Shown here: one piece after another, positions 45,734-57,684 of the stretch
Layout of the letters: each line of letters begins with the position of its first letter
Position numbering within the stretch: the first letter of the stretch is position 1
Assembly: GCA_963826525.1 (NCBI GenBank)
Contig: CAWGXH010000004.1
Coordinates: forward strand, 224,001-288,000
DNA length: 64,000 nt
Direction of reading: 5' to 3'
Origin: an uncultured Methanomicrobiaceae archaeon
GTDB lineage: Archaea; Halobacteriota; Methanomicrobia; Methanomicrobiales; Methanoculleaceae
Program-made: the position numbers and the translations under genes
The notes under the pieces: model-generated
What the model was told of the DNA's origin: nothing
The model's input: only the letters and a program-made list of their open reading frames with translations
Databases searched by the model: none

Positions 45734-46460
45734 ATGAAGATCATCCGTGCACCGACCATTGCCCGTGCACACGAGCTCGCCGTGAAGATGGTGCTTGAGA
45801 AGGGATGGGCACTCGATACAGAGGACGCCGAGGCGACGATCGAGTACGAGGGGCTGGCACTCGATATCGAAAACCCTTTCAGCGAACCGATGGCCAGCCC
45901 CTGCTCCCGGTTCCAGCGGCGGTTCCTCGAGACCTACGCCGACAACCTGCTGAACGGCTCTCCGGCCGAGTTCGAGTACCGACTACCACCACCGGCTCTT
46001 CGACTGGGGCGAGCGCCTGAATATCGGCGGGGCGGACGTACATGTCGATCAGATCGACTACATCGTCCGGAAGCTGAAGGCATCTCCCGAGAGCCGCCGT
46101 GCCGTCGCCGTCACCTGGAACCCCGTCGTCGATGAAAATCTGGACGACTGCCCCTGTCTCCAGCTCGTGCAGTGCCTTCTCCGCGACGGCAAACTCCAGA
46201 TGAAGGTGGTCTTCCGGAGCAACGACATGCTCAGTGCGGCCGGCGCAAATATGTATGCACTCGTCCATCTCCAAAAAAGGATCGCCGACGAGATCGGTGC
46301 CACATGCGGCCGCTATACCCACATCGCGCTCGTACCCCACGTGTACTACAGGCGGGATCTCAACGATATCACCCCGTTCTGTAAAAAAGGCGCAGAGGTA
46401 CAGCCGGTTCCCGAGGTCTGTGCAGCCTGCGGGCAGTGCGATCGGGCACCCCTCGGGTGA
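45734..46460 (+). CDS. thyA: Thymidylate synthase, archaeal type; frameshift near 45980
   Basis: F(E/D)Y..H.RL, SRRAVAVTWNP, PCLQ, FRSNDM, HVY. Confidence 0.9.
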
Positions 46461-46512
46461 ACTCCTTCCGTCACCTTAATTAGCAACCAGAATCAACATT
46501 ATAGAGCACGAT

Positions 46513-46585
46513 AGCCCGGTAGTGTAGCGGTCAATCATGTGAGACTCTGGATCTTGCGACAGCAGTTCGAATCTGCTCCGGGCTA
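46513..46585 (+). tRNA. tRNA-Gln(CTG)
   Basis: AGCCCGG/CCGGGCT acceptor with archaeal Gln A1-U72 pair; anticodon loop CT-CTG-GA; T-loop TTCGAAT. Confidence 0.95.
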
Positions 46586-46671
46586 CTATCTTTTTGTAAC
46601 TCTTCTCAGGCACGGTAGTCTCTCCGCGGCCGATCACTACTATCAAGACGCCGGAAGTGCCACCGCTCTGT

Positions 46672-47515
46672 ATGCATCGACGATACCGTATCGGCTGCGG
46701 CGTCCGGTCTGACGATATGACAGCATTTCACGCACTCGCGGATCTGCACGACCGGGGACGGATCGATCATATCCAGATTCAGATCATTCCGGAGCCAGCG
46801 GGAGTCTTTCAAAGACGTTTGGACGAACTCGGCGCTGCCGGAGTTCCGATCGTGATCCATGCCCCGCATTACGGTGAAGGGGTGAACCCGGCCGATCCCG
46901 CCCTCTGCGAGGGTTTCGACCCGCAGACAGCCGCGCGGCACGTTGAAGACGCGATGGATCTGACACTCTGTGCCGCGGACCTTCTCGGCTCTGAGAGTAT
47001 CGTCGTTCACGCCGGCAGGTATGAGAACGGAAAGCGGGAGGCAGCTGTCGAAAGTTTCCGGGAGTTCGCCCGGGAATATGCCGACCCGAGGATGGTCCTC
47101 GAGAACCTGCCTGCCGTCTACGCCGGGCACGCCCTCCTTGGGGCTACCGCTGATGAACTCGCAGGCCTCGCAGGCGATCGCATCCGCGGGTTCTGCCTCG
47201 ACTTCGCACACCTCTACTGTACGGCGAATTACAGAAACCTCTCCTATACGGATGAACTGAACCTTTTCGAGCATCTGAACGTGCGCCACCAGCACCTCTC
47301 CAATAACCTCCGCGGGTCCGTCACCGATCAGCACCTCGAGCCTCGACCACCCCGACGGCGGGCTCGATCTTCCGGTCGTCTTCGACCGGATCGCACGGCA
47401 TCCGGAGGTAGAGACAACCCTTGAGTACAAACGTGACACCTGCGAGGTCTACCTGCGGCAGCTCGAGGTCTTCGACCGGCTCTACCACCGCTACGGCGGG
47501 GTCAGCCGCACCTGA
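46672..47515 (+). CDS. Sugar phosphate isomerase/epimerase / AP-endonuclease-2 TIM barrel protein; frameshift near 47340
   Basis: IHAPH, VVHAG, LENLP, CLDFAH, HQHLS metal motifs. Confidence 0.75.
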
Positions 47516-47587
47516 ACCGGGGAAACCACCGGGGAGTGAAATCCACCGCACGGCCGGGAAGGGAGGGGTTCACCGGATGGATGCCCC

Positions 47588-48319
47588 TCACGCGAGAAAT
47601 GCTGCAATGACCCCGCTTAAGAATATCCCGTCGAACGTACCGGCACCGCCGATACTGGCCATAGGTGCTCCAAGCTCACCGATACGCCTGAGGTTGAGCA
47701 GATCCGCCCCGATAAGGGTGCCTATGGTGCCGCTGACATAGGCGATGGTCACCGGCGCCGTCTCAAACCCGCCTGCAAAGAGCGAGAGGACAAGAGCAGA
47801 GAAGAGTGCTGCCAGGGGCGGAATGAAGAACGGCGTGGCGATGCCGAGCCCCGGCACCGGCCGGGCCACAGACTTTGTGACGAGGGTCACGGCGAGCACG
47901 CCCACGAGCGCCAGAGCTACGATACCAAAACCACCCGTTGTCACAACCGAGTTGTAAAGCAGGTATACCGAGATGATGACCGGGATCAGGGCGCCGCCCA
48001 CGTTCACGGCGATGGTTGTCCTCGACGACACGGTCGGAATGCGGTAGAGCCTGCCGTAGGTCGATACATACACGTTTGCGGCAGGACTACCGGCGTTCTC
48101 GACGGTCTTCACCGGGATATTGATGAAACTGCCGACCAGAGTGAGAACGAGGATCAGGAGCGCCTCTCTCCAGGAGAAACCGAGCTTTGCGAAGGTCGCC
48201 CCGACCACCGTCAGGAAGAGGACGGGCAGCAGCAGAATAACAAGTCCAAAGAGGAGGATGGTGCCGATCAGCATGATCAGCATCAGGGGCGAGAACGGAT
48301 TGAAGACGACTCGGTCCAT
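47588..48319 (-). CDS. DUF1614 membrane protein
   Basis: GSFINIP, AVNVGGALIP, GADLLNL, SIGGAGTFDGIFLSG. Confidence 0.88.
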   Translation of the reverse strand: MDRVVFNPFSPLMLIMLIGTILLFGLVILLLPVLFLTVVGATFAKLGFSWREALLILVLTLVGSFINIPVKTVENAGSPAANVYVSTYGRLYRIPTVSSRTTIAVNVGGALIPVIISVYLLYNSVVTTGGFGIVALALVGVLAVTLVTKSVARPVPGLGIATPFFIPPLAALFSALVLSLFAGGFETAPVTIAYVSGTIGTLIGADLLNLRRIGELGAPMASIGGAGTFDGIFLSGVIAAFLA

Positions 48320-48340
48320 GAAAATGTGATGGCAGGGCTA

Positions 48341-48958
48341 TTATATCATAGCTCCGGCCGACCGGTCGCGGCAGACGATCGCTGCGTGGTCGATGTGGTA
48401 GGGATCGAGCCAGCGGACCTCGACGATCTCGAGGCGCCGCTCGAGTTCGGCCAGAGTATCGGCAAGGACCTCTTTCGGATCCCGCCTGACATCCACGCTC
48501 CGCGTCTTGAGCATCAGGATCAGCCATCCGCCCGGCCGGAGGAAGGGCAGGTTTCTCTCCGCAATGTTCACCTGATCCGGCTGCGCCACATCCTGGTAGA
48601 TCAGGTCGACGGCCTCCACAAAGGGAGCGTACTCCTCCGGCCGGGACGCATCGGCCATGATCGGAACGACGTTCTTCCGCCGCCGGGCGACCTCGAGGAG
48701 ATCCTGCATCGGACGGGGGGCAAACTCGATTGCATAGACGGTATCGACGTAGTCGGCGACGTGGGATACGGTCGTGCCGTTGGCAGCACCGAGGTACAGC
48801 ACCCGCATGCTCTTCTGGAGTTCGACCCCCTCGCCGAGGATATAGAGAGCCGCAAGCTTGCTCCGGTAGGGGTCCCACACCCGGTAGCCCTCGAGCATCC
48901 GCTCGTTGTAAACGCCCCCTTCTCCGGGGGATACCAGAACATTCTGTATCCGGATCAT
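48341..48958 (-). CDS. flpA: Fibrillarin-like rRNA/tRNA 2'-O-methyltransferase
   Basis: WDPYRSKLAA, LYLGAANGTTVSH, QDVAQPDQ. Confidence 0.96.
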   Translation of the reverse strand: MIRIQNVLVSPGEGGVYNERMLEGYRVWDPYRSKLAALYILGEGVELQKSMRVLYLGAANGTTVSHVADYVDTVYAIEFAPRPMQDLLEVARRRKNVVPIMADASRPEEYAPFVEAVDLIYQDVAQPDQVNIAERNLPFLRPGGWLILMLKTRSVDVRRDPKEVLADTLAELERRLEIVEVRWLDPYHIDHAAIVCRDRSAGAMI

Positions 48959-49821
48959 GCCGTCTTCCCCGCTTCGTCGATACGTGCCTGCGCCTCGGTA
49001 ATGAAACCGGGGTCAAGGGCACCCCGGTAATAATCGATCCGCGCCGCGATCCCGAGTTTTCCGGCAAGCACCCTCGCAACCCGTCCCCGAACCTCTTTCG
49101 GGGCGTTGTGTACACGCCGGTGCTGGAAAATGATCCCGTGCTTCGGCGGCGGAGATCCGGATCGGAGGTGTGAGAAGAGGGCGCGTTCGGAACCGATCAC
49201 CTGGATGGTGCTCCCCGGCATCCTGGCGAGTGCCTCAAGCCCCCCCGCCCGCGATGCCAGACGTGCCGCCACCAGCCCGCCGATAAGCGCACTGCAGTTC
49301 GGAAGCACCTCGTCCGCCCGGTCGGAGACCTCGTGCATGAGCGAACTCCGAAGACCTGCGAGACGTTCGATCTCGTCCGCCACCCGCCGGAGCCCCCCGC
49401 CGGAACCCTTCCGGATCACCCCGAGCATCTTCCGGGCGGAGAGCGAGCGGTACTTCCGCGAGAAGGACGGACTTCCCGTCTGATACCACTCCGCCGCCCG
49501 CTCCTGCAGGAGGTTGATGACGGTGTCGAGTTCGTCGAGCATCCGGACCATCTGCAGCAGCTCGACGTCGCGCTCCTGGTAGGCTACGGCAATCTTCTGC
49601 CGGGCCTGCATAGTGCAGACCTCACGGAGAAGGCTGATGTATTCGTTCCGGTCCCGGACAAGGCCGCAGTCCCGCGCCGTCCGCCAGTCGAGCGGGGTGA
49701 ACGAATCCATACTAGTATGAAGCGAACCCGCCCGTTCTACGAGCGCTTCCGGGTTCCTGCCCGCGATCCGACAGCCCTCTTCACTCACATCTCCGAACCA
49801 GTAGCGCTCCATCGTACTCAT
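48955..49821 (-). CDS. nop5: C/D box RNP protein Nop5/Nop56
   Basis: MPGSTIQVIGSERALF, PPKHGIIFQH, AARID. Confidence 0.93.
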   Translation of the reverse strand: MSTMERYWFGDVSEEGCRIAGRNPEALVERAGSLHTSMDSFTPLDWRTARDCGLVRDRNEYISLLREVCTMQARQKIAVAYQERDVELLQMVRMLDELDTVINLLQERAAEWYQTGSPSFSRKYRSLSARKMLGVIRKGSGGGLRRVADEIERLAGLRSSLMHEVSDRADEVLPNCSALIGGLVAARLASRAGGLEALARMPGSTIQVIGSERALFSHLRSGSPPPKHGIIFQHRRVHNAPKEVRGRVARVLAGKLGIAARIDYYRGALDPGFITEAQARIDEAGKTA

Positions 49822-50065
49822 AGTGGGAAGTGAGACAATATAAGTGTAAAAGCCCCCGGGTCCGGTGATCCGCCGTGAGCGTCGGAACCCCTGCCGGCGG
49901 GCATACACGAGAAGAGCGAAGACCGATACGTTCTTCAGAGAATCAAACACAGGTCGTTTTCCGACAGATCGCCATTCCGGCAGGCATTCCTGCCCGTGGA
50001 GAGGCGAGGCGACGAGCGATGAAAGGGATCTGCATCACCGGTGCCGTGACGAGGCGGGAGAGGGT

Positions 50066-50992
50066 ATGCCTGCCGCCGTAGCCTCAGCCTTCGGATTCAT
50101 CATCGGGATTCTCCTGCTCGTCAAGGGCGCTGACCTCTTCGTCGGCGGCGGAAGCGGTCTTGCAGCACGCTACCGGATCTCCCCGACCCTGATCGGCTTC
50201 ACCGTCATCGCCTTCGGCACGTCATTCCCGGAGTTCGTGGTGAATCTGGAGGCGGCCGTTGCCGATGCACCCGATCTCGCCCTTGGCAACATCCTCGGGA
50301 GCACCATCGCAAACATCGCCCTCGTCCTTTCCCTCTGCGCTATCGTCAATCCGGCAGTCATCCGGCAGGAGCCGGGCGTCCGGGGCATCAACGAAGTGCT
50401 CCTCATGCTCGGGGCGGTCGCCCTCTTCGCGCTGCTCGCCGTCAGGATGGTCTTTGACCTGCCTGCAGGGCTCGTCATGCTCGGAGCGTTCGCCCTGATC
50501 ATGTGGGTTCTCTGGAGGCAGGGGGTGGCGACGGAGGCGACCTTCGAGAGTCACGGAAGCAGGGATTACCTGCTCACCGGCGGGGGCCTGCTCAGCGTCA
50601 TCATCGGGGCGAACCTTATCGTCACGACGGCAACGGATATCGCGCTCGTACTCGGCATCAGCCCATTCGTCATCGGCGTCTCCATGGTCGCGGTCGGCAC
50701 ATCGCTCCCGGAGCTCGCCACCTCGCTCACGGCAGTCATCCAGGGAGAAGGAGGGATCTCGGTCGGCAACATCGTCGGCAGCAACATCTTCAACCTGCTC
50801 TTCGTCATGGGGTCTGCCGCCGTCATCCGGGCAATCCCGATCGGCTCCTACACCGACATCATCGCCATGGCTCTGTTTGCCGTCGCCATCCTGCCGTTCT
50901 TCGTGGAGAGCGACCGGACACGGCGCCGGTGGGGTTTTGTCATGCTCGCGGCGTATGCCGGGTACATGTACTCACTCTTCATGCCCGTCTGA
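50066..50992 (+). CDS. Calcium/sodium antiporter (YrbG-like)
   Basis: Two alpha repeats GTSFPE / GTSLPE, GNIVGSNIFN. Confidence 0.92.
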   Translation: MPAAVASAFGFIIGILLLVKGADLFVGGGSGLAARYRISPTLIGFTVIAFGTSFPEFVVNLEAAVADAPDLALGNILGSTIANIALVLSLCAIVNPAVIRQEPGVRGINEVLLMLGAVALFALLAVRMVFDLPAGLVMLGAFALIMWVLWRQGVATEATFESHGSRDYLLTGGGLLSVIIGANLIVTTATDIALVLGISPFVIGVSMVAVGTSLPELATSLTAVIQGEGGISVGNIVGSNIFNLLFVMGSAAVIRAIPIGSYTDIIAMALFAVAILPFFVESDRTRRRWGFVMLAAYAGYMYSLFMPV

Positions 50993-50994
50993 TA

Positions 50995-52210
50995 TCATGG
51001 GACGGCGATGCCGAACGAGTAGAGCATGACCGGGAGCATGATCGCCCCCATGCAGTAGACTCTTCTCACGTTGACCATCTGGGGCACAAGGCCGACCGCC
51101 GTCGCCAGGAGAAGCACCAGTCCGCCGAAGGGGCCGGCGAGGAGGAGCGCAAGCAGGACCACAAAGCCGATGACGGCGTAGTTGAGGACGGTGATGTTGA
51201 CGCTGCCGAGCCGTGTGGCGGACGACGCAAGCAGAATGGTCAGCAGGTAGGCAGCAGAATCCCGCCAGCACGCCGGCGAGGAGAAGAGCGGTCGGGGGCG
51301 GGAGGTCGCCTGCCGAGAGCGCCACCATCACGCCGTTCCGGGTGCGGGAGAGGGCGTAGAGTGCTGCGAGGCCGAGAAAGGCGTTCACCGTATTGGCGGC
51401 ACCGGTCGCCAGAATATACTCGCGCGGGCGGGAGTCGTAGCCGACCAGCGTCGTGAGCAGGGCGTTCGCCGTCGCATTCGAGAGTCCCGGCATCCATCCG
51501 ACCATCGCTCCTGCGACGGCTCCGAGCACCGAACCCTTCCCGACCTCGAGATCGGCGGTGTCAAGACCCCGGAACTGCTGGAGGGGCATAATCCCGCGTG
51601 ACGCCGTGAGGAGAACCGATATGCCGAAGAGCCCGGCGAGAAGCGGCATAAGAACCGCCGAGTCCCCGACGGTATGCCAGGCAAGGTAGGAGAAGCGGAA
51701 CGTGAAGAGGCCGAGCAGACCCGAGACACCAAAGACGGCCGCTGCCCACGCCGGGGACTCCGAGATGACGATCAAAAACCCCGCGACGGCAAGGATGAGA
51801 AGGCCTATTCCCCAGTCGATGAGGGGCTGGGCTGCGGGAAGGACGACGAAACAGAACACGGCTATCGGGAGGGCGAGCACGACCCCGGCGGCACTCCCGA
51901 GGGCGGAGATTCTGACCGCCTCCTCGCCCCTTCCTTCAAGGCAGAGGGCATGGGCGGGAAGGACGGCGAGCGCGGTGTCGGCATCGGGTATCCCGAGGAA
52001 GGTGCTCGGAATGATGTCGAGGAACGTATGGGTGACGAGCGCAGCGAACATGGCAGCCGCAAGGGCGACCGGATCGAGGAAGAGAAGAAGGACTGCCTGG
52101 AGAGAGAGGAGAAGGCCGGCCATGGTATTGGCGTGGATGCCGGGGATGAGTCCGCTCACCGTCCCGAGTGCGATCCCGATGCCGGTACCGATGAGAATGC
52201 TGACGAGCAT
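50995..52210 (-). CDS. TctA-family (DUF112) tripartite tricarboxylate transporter permease; frameshift near 51260
   Basis: GLIPGIHAN, IPSTFLGIPD, second repeat GWMPGLS. Confidence 0.85.
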
Positions 52211-52321
52211 CACTATTCCTTAATCCTCGATCCCGTGGCATAAACCAATCGAAACGGTACCGCGAATGCCGGATGCACACGATCAATACAGTCATATTCC
52301 TTCGGAGCGAACGATTGGGCG

Positions 52322-53005
52322 ATGAAGCTAGCGATCACCCGGCTCGAGAATAAAGCGGCAGACGATCAGGCAACCTGTGCCCGTTTCGGGCACGAATGCT
52401 ACACGGTCTCTCCCTTAAAGGCGGTGATCCTGGAGGATCGGATCGCAGCGTTTGCCGATGCCGTCAACCGCGAGGCGTTCGATTGCCTCTTCTTTACGAG
52501 CGCACTCCCTGCCGTGCTCATCGCCCCGAAGATCGAACGGTATCCCCGGGTGATCGCTATCGGCCCGAAGACCGCCGAGACACTGCACGACCACGGCATC
52601 GACGCCGAGACGCTCCCCGCATACTATTCCCGGGAGTTCGTGCCGTATCTCGGGGAATGGCTCAAAGGCCGCAGCGTGGGCATTCCCCGTGCGGACGTGC
52701 CGAACCCCGTGCTCATCGAGGGGATCCGGGCAGCGGGGGGAGAGCCAGAGGAGGTTCCCATATACGGGCTCGAGCCGACCGGCCGGGAGTTCGCCCTCGA
52801 GGATGCGGACGCACTCATCTTCACGAGCGCCATGTCGTTTCGGGAAGCACGCTGGAGACCGCACCCGGGTCTCCTCCTCGTGGCGATAGGCGATATCACC
52901 GCAGACGCGATGCGCGACGGCGGGCATCCGCCGGACGTCACCGGCAACGGGACGCTCACAGGGACGCTCGAAGCGCTGAACAACCATTTATCCATACGAG
53001 CATGA
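52322..53005 (+). CDS. hemD: Uroporphyrinogen-III synthase
   Basis: AITR, FFTSA, AIGPKTA, FTSA, AIGDITA. Confidence 0.9.
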   Translation: MKLAITRLENKAADDQATCARFGHECYTVSPLKAVILEDRIAAFADAVNREAFDCLFFTSALPAVLIAPKIERYPRVIAIGPKTAETLHDHGIDAETLPAYYSREFVPYLGEWLKGRSVGIPRADVPNPVLIEGIRAAGGEPEEVPIYGLEPTGREFALEDADALIFTSAMSFREARWRPHPGLLLVAIGDITADAMRDGGHPPDVTGNGTLTGTLEALNNHLSIRA

Positions 53006-53947
53006 CAAACTCTGAACAGACTATGCCTGAAAAGGCATGCATCACCCGGCTCCCGGGCTCGACCGGCGCCGGGATCATCGTCATCGATAAACCGCGGGGG
53101 CCGACCAGCCACCAGGTCACAGCCTGGGTCGGGGAGATCCTGGGTGCCCGGGTCGGCCACTCCGGGACGCTCGACCCGCAGGTCTCCGGCGTCCTTGCCA
53201 TCATGGTCGGGGATGCCGTGCGGCTGGCCCAGCACCTCCTCCAGCACGGCAAGGAGTACGTCTGCCTGATGCGGCTGCACGGCGACGTCTCCCGGGAGGA
53301 TATCGACCGGGTGGCGAAGGAGTTTACCGGCCGGGTCTACCAGCGTCCTCCCCGGAGAAGCGCCGTCAAGCGGAATCTCCGGATCCGGAAGATCCACGCA
53401 GCTTACGATCCTCGATGTCGAAGGGAGGCTCGTCCTCTTCCGGGTGCGCTGCGATGCCGGGACGTATATCCGCACGCTCTGTGTCCATATGGGGCTTGCG
53501 CTCGGCGTGTGCGGTCACATGCAGGAACTCCGGAGAACCCGCTCCGGGCAGTTCTCCGAGGAGTCCGCCCATACGCTCCACGACCTGCAGGATGCGTGCG
53601 TTCTGGCAGATGCGGGGGATACCGAACCGCTCCGGCAGATGATCCTGCCGGTGGAAGAGGCGGTGACCGATCTGCCGCGCGTGGTCATCCGCGACACCGC
53701 CGTCGACGCCGTCTGCAGGGGAGCGGTGCTTGCGGGCGTCGGTGTCCGGAGCCTCACCGGCTTTGGGAAGGGGGATACGGTCACGATCCTGACGGAGAGG
53801 GGCGAACTCGTCGCTCTTGGCACGGCGCTTGAGAGCTCGACGAAGATCAAGCCCGGGACACCGGGACTCGTTGTAGCGCCGCATACCGTCATGATGAAGC
53901 CGGGTACGTATCCGCGTGGCTGGAAGAAAGCCGCCCGAAAAGCGTGA
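53002..53947 (+). CDS. cbf5: RNA-guided pseudouridine synthase Cbf5 (TruB family); frameshift near 53400
   Basis: DKPRGPTSHQV, GHSGTLDPQVSG, YQRPPRRSAVKR, CDAGTYIR, PUA domain. Confidence 0.93.
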
Positions 53948-54010
53948 GGGGCGGCACGATCGAAAGGATACCATTAATTAACGCAACATCAAAATTATGA
54001 TGCACACTGT

Positions 54011-54097
54011 GCTGAGGTAGTCTAGACCGGTAGGGCGCGGGCCTGGAAAGCCCGTGGGGCGTTGAGCCCCTCGGGAGTTCAAATCTCCCCCTCAGCG
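54011..54097 (+). tRNA. tRNA-Ser(GGA)
   Basis: GCTGAGG/CCTCAGC acceptor; CGGGC-CT-GGA-AA-GCCCG; long variable arm. Confidence 0.95.
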
Positions 54098-54210
54098 TTT
54101 CAGTGCTTTTCTCGAAGTTCTCATGCAGGAGAGGCCTATCTCCGCAAGGATGCTTTTCGGCGTATCTGTTTTCGTATCGTTCACGGCCGTCCCCGGAGAG
54201 CCGACTCATA

Positions 54211-55356
54211 TTACATACCTGCGAGCAGAAGCGAGAAGAGAACGAGATCGTAGACGGTATGCACGATCGCCGAGGTCGTCGTATTCGAGTATGCCCGGAT
54301 ATACGCGAAGATAATGCCGGCGATAAAAACCGAGAGAAGGGCATCCCAGCCGTACTGGAAGGCGTGGAGCGACGCAAAGAGCAGCGCCGGAAGGAGCATC
54401 CCGAACCGGGGCTGGAGCAGGCCGCGGATGGAAACCTCCTCGCCGAGCCCGGCGGAGACGGAGGCGACGATTATCCCGAGCGGCGTAAGAAAACCGGCAA
54501 AGAGCATCCCGACCGCTTCACTGTCGGTGACCGGCCAGCCGAGGTATCCCCAGAGTGCGGCGATCACCGCGTCGACGGCGGTGAAGACGAGGACGAGGGC
54601 CAGCCCCGCTGCGACGGCGAGGACGATCTCTTTTCCGGTCGGGCGGAGAAGGCCGAGACGGATGAAGGTCTCGCGGGCACTCCGACGAACACATGCCCCG
54701 GCGATGATGAACGACCCGAGGAGCGTCCAGAAGAGGCTGTAGACATCGAGCTGTACCGAATCGGCGATGAGGTCTCCGGAGGCCGCGATGATGTCCATGA
54801 ACCCGGGCGAGAGGTACGGGGCGGTGCCCGTAACGAGGAGCGGCACCGGCGGGATGAGAATGAGGGCGATGATGACCACGAGCCCCATGGTATGGACGAA
54901 CGAGTCCGGGTTGAACGGGAGGTAGCGGCTCAGGCGGAGGCGGAACTCCCGCGAGAGGCCGACCAGACTGATGAGTGCGGCGACGAGAACCCCGAGCATC
55001 ATCAGGGCACCCTGGAGAAGCACCGCAGGGTCGAGCGTCTCCGGACTGGCGGCACCGGATTCTACCCATCCCGGGGGAACGACCGAGAGGATGCCGATCG
55101 CAGACGTTACCGCCCCGAGAGAGCCGATGAGGAGCAGGAGCCAGATGCCGGCGAGCCACCGGAAGGCCGGGTGCCGCCGCTCGCCGAGGCAGGCGAGCAG
55201 AGCCAGGACGACAAACAGCCCGACGTCGAGTGCCGAGACGAGGAACGATCCGGCCTCGCCCCCGACCGCTCCCGATACAGCGAGGAGGCCGACGAGGAGA
55301 AAGAGGGCAATCAGCCCCTCGGGGAGGTGGCGGTGGCAGAACTGCGTGGGTGTCAT
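54211..55356 (-). CDS. CPBP (CAAX/Abi) family intramembrane metalloprotease
   Basis: GLGEEVSIRG, FASLH, HTVYD; C-terminal part of ORF 54211-56886. Confidence 0.88.
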   Translation of the reverse strand: MTPTQFCHRHLPEGLIALFLLVGLLAVSGAVGGEAGSFLVSALDVGLFVVLALLACLGERRHPAFRWLAGIWLLLLIGSLGAVTSAIGILSVVPPGWVESGAASPETLDPAVLLQGALMMLGVLVAALISLVGLSREFRLRLSRYLPFNPDSFVHTMGLVVIIALILIPPVPLLVTGTAPYLSPGFMDIIAASGDLIADSVQLDVYSLFWTLLGSFIIAGACVRRSARETFIRLGLLRPTGKEIVLAVAAGLALVLVFTAVDAVIAALWGYLGWPVTDSEAVGMLFAGFLTPLGIIVASVSAGLGEEVSIRGLLQPRFGMLLPALLFASLHAFQYGWDALLSVFIAGIIFAYIRAYSNTTTSAIVHTVYDLVLFSLLLAGM

Positions 55357-56634
55357 GGTATCCGGGCTGGCCCCGTTTCCGGTGCTGAGTCTTCTGCAGG
55401 GGTTGTCCGGCTCTCCGATGAACCTGCCGGTCTCTCCCCATACCCGGGGCGCATGCCCCGCAACATGAAAAGCCCGACAATCCCCATCACGGCAAGAAGC
55501 GTCGCGTAGGAGAGGAAGATCGTGCGGGGCAGCAGGAGGCCCGCAAGCAGCGCTCCGGCAAACGGCCCTACGGCAAGCCCGACCGAGAAGAGGGTGTTGT
55601 AGATGCCGAATGCGATACCCTGCGCCCCCTCGTCGCGGTAGAGGTCGGCCATGAGCGGCATCGTCGGGATGAGAGCGAGACTCAGGGTGATCCCCATCAG
55701 GGAGACGGCAACGGCGATGAGGGGGAGATCGGGCATCATCATGGCAAGAGCGAGAGCGATACCTGAGAGGAAGAGTCCTCCGGTTACCAGTATCCGCCCA
55801 CCGTAGCGATCGGCCAGCCGACCGGCGAGGGGCTGTGTGACAACGCCGGCGAGCGCGAGCAGGCCGAGGACGAGTCCGACCATGGCCGGCGATGCGGCGA
55901 ACGAGTCGGCGAGGTAGACAGGAAGGTACGGCTCGATGATCCCGTAGGTTGCGGCAACGGCGACGATGGCCGCGGCGTACAGGGCGAGGTGGAGCCTGCC
56001 GGACTCCGGCAGCAGGGCGGAAGACCGGCGGGATGCCGGAGGGCGAAGCTCGAGCGGCAGGGTGAGTATCCCGAGCGCGACGAAAACCGCTGCAACGGAC
56101 GGGACGGCAAAGGTGAGAGCATAGCCGACGTGTTCGTAGAGGTATCCTCCGGCGATGGGGCCAATCACCATCCCGACGCCCATCGCCGACATCGTCACGC
56201 CCATCTTCCCACCGAGCTCGGTTCGATCGTAGGTATCGGCGAGGAGGGCAAGACCTGCCGACCAAGTGGCGGCGGCAGAGATGCCCTGAATGATCCTCGC
56301 GGCGATCAGGAAAAAGACTGTCGTGGCGAGGCCGAAGACGACGGTCGAGACGGCGAGGAGCGCCATCCCAACCAGAAGAACCGGTCGCCTCCCCACCCGG
56401 TCGGAGAGCATTCCCATCGGGACGCTGAAGAGAAACATCATGGCGGAGTACATGCCGAAGATGACGCCGACCATCACGTCGTCCGCCCCGAGCAGCCGGA
56501 TATACGACGGCAGTACCGGGATGACCAGACTGTAGACCGTCATATCCATGAAGATGACGAGGATCACGAGGAGCAGGACGGCTCTCCTGCCGGACGGTTC
56601 CTGCCGAGCCTCCTCTCACCGGGTTCTTTGCCAT
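55353..56634 (-). CDS. MFS transporter (DHA1-like); probable N-terminal frameshift
   Basis: GMLSDRVGRR, ARIIQG, GRLADRYGGR; multi-TM. Confidence 0.9.
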
Positions 56635-56713
56635 CGTCGTCTGCTCCGCTCCGGCACCGGGACTCTCCCGGTCTGCTGGCGGGATCAGGTTGGCGTCCCG
56701 GAAAGATAGTCGT

Positions 56714-57565
56714 TTAGCGTGTTCCGCGATAGTAGGCGAGCTCCCGTGCGTATGGCCTGAATACATCGACGAGGAGGATCTGCTCTTCGTCGGAGAGGGG
56801 AGCCGCACCCCGGCCGGCGCTCGCGAGCGCCCGCACCTCCCCGGGGGTCGAGCAGCCGACGATCGCCACCGAGATCTCCTGAGCAAGGGCGTAGCGGATC
56901 AGGAGGTCGGCGGTGATGCCTCCGTCCGGGTCGAGGTAGTGCGACGCCCCGAGCACTTTCATGCCGATGACCGCCATCCCCTGCGCCCGTGCCGCAGGGA
57001 GCGTCGTATCGAGGAACCCGCCGAGCGCCCCTTCCACCGGGTTGACCGGCATCAGCACGGAGTCCACCGGCCAGTTCTCGACGGCGTAGGTCAGCACCGA
57101 GGGGTCGTGGTGGCCGGTGACGCCGATATTCCGGACAAGCCCCGTCTCCCGCGCCTCGACGAACGCACCGAGGGCACCGTCGGGAGCCTCGAGATCCCTC
57201 AGATCGGAGTACGATCGCACATCGTGGATCTGCCAGAGGTCGAGGTGGTCGGTCTTCAGCCTCGCGAGCGTCCGCTCGAGGGTGAGTTCCGCTCCCGCAC
57301 GATCGCGGTCAGCCGATTTACTCGTCTGGAAGGCCGCACTGCGCTGTTCGGGCTCGTTCGACCAGACATTTCCGTAGTACTCCTCGCTTTCCGCATAGGC
57401 CTCGGCCGAATCAAAATAGGTGATCCCTGCGGCGAGCGCTTCCCGTATGACCGCTTCTGCCTCCTTCTCCCTGCCGTACGTCCGCAGGACGCCTTCACCC
57501 CCGAGTCCCACAGCCGTGACCTTCCGGCCGGCCTTCCCAAATGTTCGCATCTCCAGTGCCGCCAT
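56714..57565 (-). CDS. Aldo/keto reductase
   Basis: GITYFDSAEAY, DHLDLWQIH, GLVRNIGVTGH. Confidence 0.92.
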   Translation of the reverse strand: MAALEMRTFGKAGRKVTAVGLGGEGVLRTYGREKEAEAVIREALAAGITYFDSAEAYAESEEYYGNVWSNEPEQRSAAFQTSKSADRDRAGAELTLERTLARLKTDHLDLWQIHDVRSYSDLRDLEAPDGALGAFVEARETGLVRNIGVTGHHDPSVLTYAVENWPVDSVLMPVNPVEGALGGFLDTTLPAARAQGMAVIGMKVLGASHYLDPDGGITADLLIRYALAQEISVAIVGCSTPGEVRALASAGRGAAPLSDEEQILLVDVFRPYARELAYYRGTR

Positions 57566-57684
57566 ACCGCATCGCCACCTCCTCGCCGTACCACCTCATA
57601 AAACCTTCAGCGCAAGGGTGCTCTCCCGACCGGGGGAAACGATTATCGGGAGCGGGGATCATGTCGGGAGGCGGTGGTATACCG

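Noticed and set aside
54211-56886. 891-aa ORF
   Set aside because: Only the last ~380 aa (CPBP protease) is protein-like; the rest is an alternative frame over the MFS gene.
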